DNA from: Tetramitus jugosus | Taxonomy: Eukaryota > Protista > Heterolobosea | DNA: 64,000 nucleotides | Direction of reading: 5' to 3' | Assembly: GCA_937625935.1 (NCBI GenBank) | Contig: OW569360.1 | Span: 248,001 to 312,000 of the forward strand | Part shown: one piece after another, positions 56,312-64,000 of the stretch | Layout: each line of letters opens with the position of its first letter | How positions within the stretch are numbered: the first letter of the stretch is position 1 | Position numbers and translations under genes: made by a program | Notes under the pieces: generated by a model | Seen by the model: the letters and a program-made list of their open reading frames with translations, nothing else | Databases searched by the model: none | Told to the model about the DNA's origin: nothing

Positions 56312-57400
56312 ATGTTTCCCAAGTTCTTTCTGGAAGCCCACGAGCACCTCTTCTCTCTGGTAATGGGCATGGGTGCTGGAAAAGAAACCAAAACCCAGAT
56401 GATACTGAGCTGGGATGAACTCTTCCAGGTTCTTCTCTTTCTTCCAGTGTCTGATGTAAGTCGCTTTTCTCGGACCAACTCGACTGCATATACATGTATC
56501 ATATCCAACCAGCACTTGTGGTCAGTGCTGCTCCAGAGAGACTTTGCTCGCCTGATTGAACAATTGAACGGATCTCTGCTGATCGCTGATAGAATCAAGG
56601 ACGAAATGAGGTGGTGTTGTGATGAAATGAAGAAGTACGTGTGCTACTATGAACGATTTTCTCGATTTCCGTTCGATCAAGTCGAAGAGAAGTCCATGTA
56701 CGACGATGTGAACAATTGCACAATCTCGAAGGTTTTCTTTGGTGTGTCATGCAGCCCGCTAAATCGATTGGTGATACATTGCTTGAAAAGTAGAACACTC
56801 GAGATGCCACAGAATGGAAACTACCCTCAGATCGGTATGGATTTCGTCCATGTGTGGATGAAATCGAGACAGCCAAACGTGACCCCTAACTTTACACTCC
56901 AACTTTGGGTGCATAGTGGACAAGAGAAATTTCCAACTATTTCAATGTGCTACTACAGAGGTGCTCAATGCATGGTGATCACGGTAGACACTAAGGATGC
57001 ATGGAATAGTGAAGATTATACCATCGATCATCCTTACAGTGATCGCGGTTCGAATTCTTTGTCGAGAGCTTTGGCAGCACTCAGGGAGGGCCAACAACGT
57101 TTGAATATTGCTCCTCCAAACGCATGTAAAAGTGTGTCGATTGTGAGTGTTGGTGTTTGGTCAGAAGATGCACCAATTTCCAAACAGAGGTTTCTCAACG
57201 ATTGTGCCCAAGTTTTTGATAGTTTGCCTTTGGAATACTTTGAGTTGACCAAAGATAATGCATCAGTCATGTCTGACATTATACTGAAACATTTTTATAC
57301 AATCCATCAACAGGCTGCTCTGGAAGATGCAAAAATGGTTTTCAATGATCAACCCACAGCACAACCAGAAGCTCCAAAATCAGGATGCATCTTGAGTTAA
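56312..57400 (+). CDS. F-box + degenerate Rab-like GTPase fusion with C-terminal CaaX
   Basis: F-box LSWDELFQVLLFLPVSDVSRFSRTN...LW; Rab-family motifs IGMDF, LQLW, GQEKF and YYRGA; ends KSGCILS*. Confidence 0.8.
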   Translation: MFPKFFLEAHEHLFSLVMGMGAGKETKTQMILSWDELFQVLLFLPVSDVSRFSRTNSTAYTCIISNQHLWSVLLQRDFARLIEQLNGSLLIADRIKDEMRWCCDEMKKYVCYYERFSRFPFDQVEEKSMYDDVNNCTISKVFFGVSCSPLNRLVIHCLKSRTLEMPQNGNYPQIGMDFVHVWMKSRQPNVTPNFTLQLWVHSGQEKFPTISMCYYRGAQCMVITVDTKDAWNSEDYTIDHPYSDRGSNSLSRALAALREGQQRLNIAPPNACKSVSIVSVGVWSEDAPISKQRFLNDCAQVFDSLPLEYFELTKDNASVMSDIILKHFYTIHQQAALEDAKMVFNDQPTAQPEAPKSGCILS

Positions 57401-57583
57401 ACACAAGCGGACCAACGAGTTGTCAATAAACACGATTCAATTTGGATGATGCTAGCGGTTGTTTCTGCATACAGCGAAGCCTATGTCTGACAAGCGATAG
57501 ATCGACAACGATATGAGTAACTAATTTCCAAGTCGCACACAACACCATCTATTGGATCACCTAGAAGAGTTCTCAAGCGTTAC

Positions 57584-58619
57584 TTAAAATGGATATTTGG
57601 TGTTGGTTACCTCTTCGCTGAGGGTAAACAACTCTGCAGCTACTATTGCATCTCGAGCATGATGAGAAGGGTTCTTTTCCTTGCAGTTGTCAAAGTAGAG
57701 TCCACCCTTTCCGTTCAAATCATCACTGGTTGCAAGGTACACCTGAGTAGCGGCTCCCTGAGCAATGTTCTTGAAAGTCAAGGTCAAAAGAGAGATTGCT
57801 ACTTTTGTTATCCAATCTGTACTGTTCCTGAGAATATCAGTTTTAATATTGCCTGGATGAAGTGAATTCGATGTGATGTTCACTTTAGACTCCCTCAATC
57901 GTCTGTTCAATTCTTTGGTGAACAAAATGTTTGCTACTTTACTTTGACCGTATGCACACCACTTGGAATATGATCGATTCTTGTAGTGCATATCGTCAAA
58001 GTGAATGTGACTCAATCTGTGACCCATAGAGCTAACATTGATCACTCTACCTTCCTTATTGTCCCTCTCTGAAGTAGTTTTCATGATATCCAACAGCTTG
58101 AGAGTCAAAGCAAAATGACCCATATAATTGACTCCCATATGAGTTTCAAATCCATCCTCTGTGTAGGACAGTGAAGGAACCAATTGCCCAGCATTATTGA
58201 TAAGGACGTTCAATTTTGGATAACGCTCGTGATAACGCTTGCAGAAGTCATCGATGGACTTGAGTGATGCCAGATCCAACTTTTCCAGGTAGAGCTGCCC
58301 TCTTGAATTGGGGTGTTGATTCTTGATTCGCCTCTCTGCTTCCTTGAGCTTTTCCATGTTTCTGCTGGCCATTACAACAGTGGCACCGTGATTGAACAGA
58401 GCCCGAGCAGTGTCTTCTCCCTATATTACCCATTCATCATGTCAAGTTGAGAACCAGTTTCGAATGAAACAAAACCAAGAGAAACCAAAACGAACAAACA
58501 AGACATACAATTCCACCAGAGGAACCAGTGACCACAAAGTAGTTTCCCGTAAGATCCTTTCCTTCGAGAACCTGATCTGCAGTTGTTCTTGAGTTAAAAC
58601 GATGAGAATTGATTACCAT
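57584..58619 (-). CDS. Short-chain dehydrogenase/reductase (RDH11-14/WWOX-like); intron 58508..58421
   Basis: Spliced VVTGSSGGIG, LDLASL, LINNAG, GVNYMGHF, RVINVSS, catalytic YGQSK and LHPG. Confidence 0.95.
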
Positions 58620-58824
58620 TGTGCACTCCAACGTCTGACTGTGTTGCTTTCTGGGCTGTACTTTCCTTGCGTGGAAAAATGACAGTTTCTTCCATTTATA
58701 GCATCCAAACAAAAAGATGAGAAAACGTTTAAGGCAATGAGGGCGAAACCTTTGATGTTGAATGGAAGCGAGTGACTATGAAACAAGAATCGTGTAATTA
58801 AGAAAATAGAGTATGATATCTTCT

Positions 58825-59930
58825 TCAATTATCGATCAGCAAATTGGTCATATGATGCATCGCTTTGCTCTCGTCCGTTAATTGGGAAAGACTCTCTCGA
58901 AGCATTAACTTTTGAAAAATGTTAACATCAAATATTAACTTGTTATATGATTATAACAGCTATAACATACCTCTAACTGCTCTTTTCCCTTCTTTCTAAC
59001 GTCGAGTAACTTCGAAGGTTGTTCACTGGTCATCTTTCTTTCTGATTCGATAAGTTGTTTCTGGTACTTTTCAATTTGTTGATTGACTTGGTCAATTCTA
59101 CCTTGACATTCAACAGTGAATTTTACCATATGTTGTCGGTGCTCCTCCCTTTTTTTCCTCCATTCATCCTCTTCTTTCTTCGTCTCTTCGCACAGTAACT
59201 TTGCCTTCTCTTGTTCATCTATGAACAAAGCCTTCTTCTGTTCAACCACTTTCTTGAATTCTTGCAGGGCATTCGATTTCGAAGTATGGTGGTTCCTAGG
59301 AGACACTTGTTCTTTGTCTGGAGTCGATCTAACTGTTTCGTTCTCCGCTTTCTCGGGGGTTATTCTTCCTCTTTCCAAACTGTTCATCAACGATCGATAT
59401 GCATCCTCTGCTTGACTCAATCTTAATATGAGAGAAACATGTTGAGATTCCAGATTCATTCTTTGCTTGTTTCTATCTTTTGTCCCATTCACTACCTCGT
59501 CCCTACTGCTCGAGCTCTCGCGGATACGCCTTTCAACTGCAAATACTTCTTCTTTGATATGATCGATTTCTCTTATCAGATCTCGAAATAATTTGGAATA
59601 TACTGACCTCTCCCCTTCGGAGAGAAACGACGGTAGGGGTGTCTGGAGTCTTTCAAACTCCCTCAACCCTCTCGGTTCATCCTTTAGTCCAAGAATGACC
59701 TCATCATAATCAAATCCTGTAGATTCTTTGATTCTCTGTCGAATTTCTTGGTCCCCAATGTTTAGTTCCTCCGGAAGAATGGAATAGTCGTTGAACACTG
59801 CAGTAGTGCCCAAGGGCGATGGAACAGCTCGATGGAAGTCTTTAAAGTAAGAATCCACTTCATCACTTGGAGCGTTTCGAGATAATCTCCCAGAAGTAAC
59901 TGGAATGGACCGACCGGCCTGCCTGCTCAT
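58825..59930 (-). CDS. Hypothetical coiled-coil protein; intron 58970..58909
   Basis: Long E/K/Q-rich heptad ORF. A GTATGT..AG intron adds a final exon LMLRESL...LLIDN*. Start assumed at ATG 59930. Confidence 0.7.
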
Positions 59931-60007
59931 CAATGAACTAAAATGCGACAAATCGTTCATTCTGTAAATCTTCAGAAAAAAATGAAACGGTTCGGACAAT
60001 GCAGTTC

Positions 60008-60018
60008 TGGCGCCAAAA
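60008..60018. promoter_or_regulatory. E2F-like site TGGCGCCAAAA in a divergent promoter
   Basis: Reads TTTTGGCGCCA on the minus strand, between the ATGs at 59930 (-) and 60033 (+). Confidence 0.4.
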
Positions 60019-60032
60019 ACAAATCAAAAAGC

Positions 60033-60587
60033 ATGCTACTGCGGTGGATCTGGGGATGGCTCTCTGGAAACGACGACAACGAATTGCAAAGTCATGACGC
60101 TGATCAAGACAATCCAGATGACACACGAGTGATTATTGTTCTCAATTCTGATTACGTGAGAACTGTTCAAGGTGTCGATACGTTGGACGAACTCACACAG
60201 CTCACACTAACCCCTGAAGAGCAATCAAGAGAATTGGATGCACAAAACACGAGCACTGCACCTGGCCGAATCGCACTGAGATTAAAGCACTTTCAAGACT
60301 CAAGGGTGTCCATTCTTGGGCATGTCAATCACAACCTGCTAAGCTTTCTGGTCAATGTTCTGCTGTCGCACAAGGTCAAAGGACTGATTATGCTCAAGAA
60401 GACGACTGATGATTTGAGTTTGATTGACCCAGCGAGTTTGGTGATGGAAGATCGAATGCAATTGGCCACAACAAAACAAATACTAAAGGACGAGTATGTG
60501 AAGAGTCAGATTGACCCCGACTCTCAAGAAATATTCGCCTATGAGCCATCTAGAGCAGAAAGGACATTCCTAGAAGAACGTTTCTAG
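60033..60587 (+). CDS. Hypothetical protein
   Basis: About 184-aa ORF from an ATG after an A-rich leader (MLLRWIWGW). No recognised domain. Confidence 0.65.
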   Translation: MLLRWIWGWLSGNDDNELQSHDADQDNPDDTRVIIVLNSDYVRTVQGVDTLDELTQLTLTPEEQSRELDAQNTSTAPGRIALRLKHFQDSRVSILGHVNHNLLSFLVNVLLSHKVKGLIMLKKTTDDLSLIDPASLVMEDRMQLATTKQILKDEYVKSQIDPDSQEIFAYEPSRAERTFLEERF

Positions 60588-60865
60588 AAATTGGGTGGTT
60601 TAAACCTAAAACTTGGGGGATTATGGGAACAAGCGCTCCCGTAAAAATTCTGGCCAATTCAAATTGACTGAATAGACAACCGTTGGACAACAGAACATGA
60701 GACATTCCATTTTAGGACCAGAACTGCATGCGAGAAGCATCGAAAACATGGCACCACCGCCTCACATTTCAACAACACGATAAACCAAAACCCAAACACA
60801 GCGACCCATCTCTCTCTTCACACTCCAACAACAACAACAACATAACATAAACATTAACAATCACA

Positions 60866-62350
60866 ATGCACAAACTATCTTGCAAAGTACAAAACTATGC
60901 ATGGGGTAAAGTTGGTTACAATAGTGTCATTGCCCAACTGCTCTCCCACACATCAGAGAGTCACATTCATGAGAAACACGATGAGACAGAGGATCAAATT
61001 GTTCGAGTAGCCATGTCCAACAACAATGAGAATTGTTGTCCATCATCACAACAACAAGAACAATGCAACAAAATCAACAAAATCAATAATGACAACAACA
61101 TCAACTCCAATCATCACATGGATGACATTAGTCACGTACCATTTGCTGAGCTATGGATGGGCACTCACTCCTGTGGTCCATCAAGCATCGTCATCAACAC
61201 AAACAATCCAATGGCAACAACCACGATAGATGATGCGACATTGATTCACAACAATAACAACAATCATTCATCATCGTCGCATACCTCATCATCATCATCA
61301 TCATCATCAGATGTCAGACTGATGCCACTCAAGGACTACATTGGACATGATCTACCATTCCTATTCAAGATTCTATCAGTGAATCAAGCACTGTCTATTC
61401 AAGCTCATCCAAACAACACTTTAGCAAAGCAGTTGCATCGTGATCATCCTCATCATTACAGAGATGGGAATCATAAACCGGAGCTTTGTTGTGCGTTGAC
61501 ACCGTTTGAGGCCATGTGTGCCTTTAGACCGTTGCATGAGACTGTAAATTTTGTAAAATGTGTGCCGGAATTTAGGAATTTGTTCCCGAGTCAGTTGTTG
61601 AGAGAAGCAGAGGATGATGAGAGCAGCTACAGGTGCTTGTCAAAGGACAAGAAGAAGGAAAAATTGAAAGCTCTATTTAGTGCTTACATTTGTGCTGACG
61701 AATCATTGGTGAGGGAACAGTTGCAAACACTCGTCAAGAGACTGACCAATCAATCGGAGAAAAGAAGCCCCGAGGAAGAACTCTTGTTGCGATTGAACAG
61801 AGATTATCCTGGTGACATTGGATGCTTTGCGGTGTATTTTTTGAACGTTTTGACACTACAGCCAGGTGAAGCACTGTTTTTGGCGCCAAATGAGCCACAC
61901 AGTTATTTGTATGGTGAATGTGTGGAAGTGATGGCGTGCTCTGACAATGTTGTGCGTGCTGGTTTGACACCAAAGTTTCGCGATGTTTCGACACTGGTCG
62001 ACATGTTGACATACAATGATGACTCACTCGAGAGCTACATGACCTATAATCTAGGACGGAAAATCAATGAGGCGACATCGCTTTACAAACCACCAGTACC
62101 AGAATTTCAGCTCTTCCGAATTCAACTGAAATCGAATAGCACAGAGTTTGTGGCCGAAACAGCCAGTATTCTCATTCTGATCGAAGGATCGGTTTCAATT
62201 GACATTGAGCTCAACCAGACTTCCTCTTCGCTGACCTTAATGCGAGGCGACATTTATCTGATTGAAGCCAATGCAAAATTGTCCATTTCTTCTGCCCAGC
62301 ACGCTCACTTGTTCATTGCATCAAGCAATCCAAATTACGATCAAAACTAA
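60866..62350 (+). CDS. MPI: Mannose-6-phosphate isomerase, type I
   Basis: QNYAWGK, AELWMGTH, LPFLFK, LSIQAHP, YRDGNHKPE, EPHSYL and EVMACSDNVVRAGLTPK, with low-complexity insertions. Confidence 0.97.
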   Translation: MHKLSCKVQNYAWGKVGYNSVIAQLLSHTSESHIHEKHDETEDQIVRVAMSNNNENCCPSSQQQEQCNKINKINNDNNINSNHHMDDISHVPFAELWMGTHSCGPSSIVINTNNPMATTTIDDATLIHNNNNNHSSSSHTSSSSSSSSDVRLMPLKDYIGHDLPFLFKILSVNQALSIQAHPNNTLAKQLHRDHPHHYRDGNHKPELCCALTPFEAMCAFRPLHETVNFVKCVPEFRNLFPSQLLREAEDDESSYRCLSKDKKKEKLKALFSAYICADESLVREQLQTLVKRLTNQSEKRSPEEELLLRLNRDYPGDIGCFAVYFLNVLTLQPGEALFLAPNEPHSYLYGECVEVMACSDNVVRAGLTPKFRDVSTLVDMLTYNDDSLESYMTYNLGRKINEATSLYKPPVPEFQLFRIQLKSNSTEFVAETASILILIEGSVSIDIELNQTSSSLTLMRGDIYLIEANAKLSISSAQHAHLFIASSNPNYDQN

Positions 62351-62378
62351 AAAATTAAACAAATATTTGTGTTGTGTA

Positions 62379-64000
62379 TTACAGCATATGTGTGTGATAC
62401 TCTCTTCTCACTGTTTCTCTGACTTGGTTTTCCAAGTGTTCGAGCTTAAATTGCTCAAACACTTTTCCTTGGTTCGCTGATGGTGGTTGTTGAACTTGAT
62501 GATGATAGATTAGTTCGGTATCAAACATCTTCTTACTGTACAGGATATGGGAGGCACTCTTTAGGTAGAGCTTTGTGATTTGTGACATGGACTTATCGGT
62601 TGATATTTTGTCACCTCCGAGTGACATCATCTCGTGAGCAGACGCACACCTGTGAATAAAGTTTTCGGAAGTATTATTCGTGGTTAGCATTTGGTCATTA
62701 TTGTTAAACATGAGAACACTGGATCGATTCCCTTCACTCATGTTTCTTCTTATGTTTTGTTGAGATACTGCCTTTGGTCTCTTCACTCTCATCCTGTCAG
62801 AGACAAGATAAGGTTGATTGTCAGACTCTGTCCTGTTAAATGCATCTGCTGTGGGACTCCCGATATTTTGGCTCTGACTAACAGTTGGCACTTTGAAAGA
62901 TTTTGGAATTTGGAGTCTGTCCAATTGTTTGTCAATTCTGTGCAGGGTTTGGCAGCACTGAGACCGAATATGTTTTATCAATGTTTTCTGAATACTCATG
63001 AGCCTGTCAACATCTCGAATCTCAAACACTGACACAAGAGATATAGATCCACATTTGTATGTGAACAAACCTACTACTTGAGTTTTATCCTCAACATTAT
63101 TCTTCTTTCTAGAATCTCTAGATGTTTGTGCATCCTCTTCCTCATGTGGCATCTGACTTTGATAGTAGGAGACAGATGACTCTGATCGTAACTTATCACT
63201 GTTTTCTCTCAGAGTCTGAAGCAATTCACTATTAGGATAAATTCTCGTGATGTCGAGACGTTCATTCACATCATACATGGAGTGCTGATTAAATGCAGTC
63301 TTATCCTCATCAATATCGGCATCACTGCATTCAGAAACATCGTCTGTAATATCAGTTGTTTTTGCATCCAACTCATTGTTCACATATGCCCAATCTGATC
63401 TCTTATTTGGTTCCAGGTTGTTTGTGTTTGTGCCTTTCACTCCACTCCTCGAAATAAACTCATTGATACACATCAGTCTGAACAAGACAGCATCTTTCAC
63501 GAACATCTCTGGAAGATGATTACACAAAATATTGTCTTCATACAACACACATGAACCCAAATAGTGGACATCCTTCATTGAATCCTCTCTTGGCGTTGAG
63601 CTTTTCTCTCCTTCTACAAAAAAGTCCAACAAATCGTCCAATAAATGAACGGTAGACAAAAAGGCTGCATTGTTTCTCGGTGGCAATTCCAAATAACCTA
63701 ATGGATGAAACATATCCACTGGTGACTCATGAAATCGATCAAACAGAGCCGTTAATTCCAATCCATAATCCTTCATTCTCTCTTGATGCATCAACTCAGT
63801 TGAAACATCAGCCGGTGATGTTTTTTCTTCCTTTTGTTGTGTCTCATTTTCTTCATGATTCGATTTCTTGTCAAAGTTTTCAGTTGAGCTCAACAAGCTC
63901 TGTCTTCGCTCTTCCTTGCTCTTTGGATAGGGCAAACCATGAAACATACTCATATTGTTTACCATTCTCTCTGCAAAAGCAATGAGACTGGATTGAGGCA
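62379..64000 (-). CDS. HPS4/CCZ1/INTU-family tri-longin protein (BLOC-3 HPS4-like); 5' end outside the window
   Basis: Frame is open to the window edge (..LIAFAERMVNNMSMFHG). GSCVLYEDNILCNHL resembles the second longin domain and LYSKKMFDTELIYH the third. Confidence 0.6.
   Translation of the reverse strand, partial: PQSSLIAFAERMVNNMSMFHGLPYPKSKEERRQSLLSSTENFDKKSNHEENETQQKEEKTSPADVSTELMHQERMKDYGLELTALFDRFHESPVDMFHPLGYLELPPRNNAAFLSTVHLLDDLLDFFVEGEKSSTPREDSMKDVHYLGSCVLYEDNILCNHLPEMFVKDAVLFRLMCINEFISRSGVKGTNTNNLEPNKRSDWAYVNNELDAKTTDITDDVSECSDADIDEDKTAFNQHSMYDVNERLDITRIYPNSELLQTLRENSDKLRSESSVSYYQSQMPHEEEDAQTSRDSRKKNNVEDKTQVVGLFTYKCGSISLVSVFEIRDVDRLMSIQKTLIKHIRSQCCQTLHRIDKQLDRLQIPKSFKVPTVSQSQNIGSPTADAFNRTESDNQPYLVSDRMRVKRPKAVSQQNIRRNMSEGNRSSVLMFNNNDQMLTTNNTSENFIHRCASAHEMMSLGGDKISTDKSMSQITKLYLKSASHILYSKKMFDTELIYHHQVQQPPSANQGKVFEQFKLEHLENQVRETVRREYHTHML

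Noticed and set aside
4293-63985. The many short antisense and alternate-frame ORFs in the track (for example 8929-9402, 11995-12597, 42032-42400, 53003-53608)
   Set aside because: They overlap well-supported genes and read as shadows of low-complexity or codon-biased sequence, with no motifs.
1-64000. Stop-codon reassignment or selenoprotein readthrough
   Set aside because: TAA, TAG and TGA all end genes at the expected C-termini, and all apparent frame breaks in recognised genes resolve with GT-AG introns.
1-64000. CRISPR arrays, transposons, rRNA or endogenous viral segments
   Set aside because: No regular repeat-spacer array, transposase, reverse transcriptase, integrase, capsid gene or rRNA-conserved sequence was seen.

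Overview
A very gene-dense, intron-poor eukaryotic nuclear window using the standard genetic code. It holds about 34 protein-coding genes and short GT-AG introns (14 inferred, 62-221 nt, 7 with a GTATGT donor). Intergenic spacers are tiny and many proteins carry poly-N/Q/D/E tracts. Gene content (SPAG6/PF16, DOCK GEF, IP3R-like channel, F-box/Rab fusion) suggests a flagellate or amoeboflagellate protist, plausibly a Naegleria-like heterolobosean; this is inference only. Recognisable genes: Sen1-like helicase (partial), C5orf34-like, QTRT1, LSD1-like, Aha1, FEN1, OPRT-like PRTase, RRP15, LEO1, PNKP, PP2C, cytochrome b5 reductase, TPR-rhodanese, F-box-SPRY, SPAG6, IP3R-like, PP4R3, RPS20, OSTC, DOCK, SDR, MPI and HPS4-like (partial). 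The best candidate for an unusual system is an intronless MJ1316-EEP-2H-poly(A) polymerase RNA end-repair polyprotein whose 2H module looks inactivated, lying next to a dead HNH-like zinc protein. Other notable observations: an IP3R-like channel with a rewritten selectivity filter and most IP3-binding residues lost, a tRNA-guanine transglycosylase lacking all three zinc-binding cysteines, an F-box/pseudo-Rab fusion ending in a CaaX motif, a signal-peptide-bearing bacterial-type rhodanese with a CCC active site, palindromic E2F-like sites in divergent promoters, and convergent genes whose stops lie only 1-8 nt apart. No rRNA, tRNA, CRISPR array or mobile element could be supported. All family assignments come from motif recognition by eye; no searches were run.
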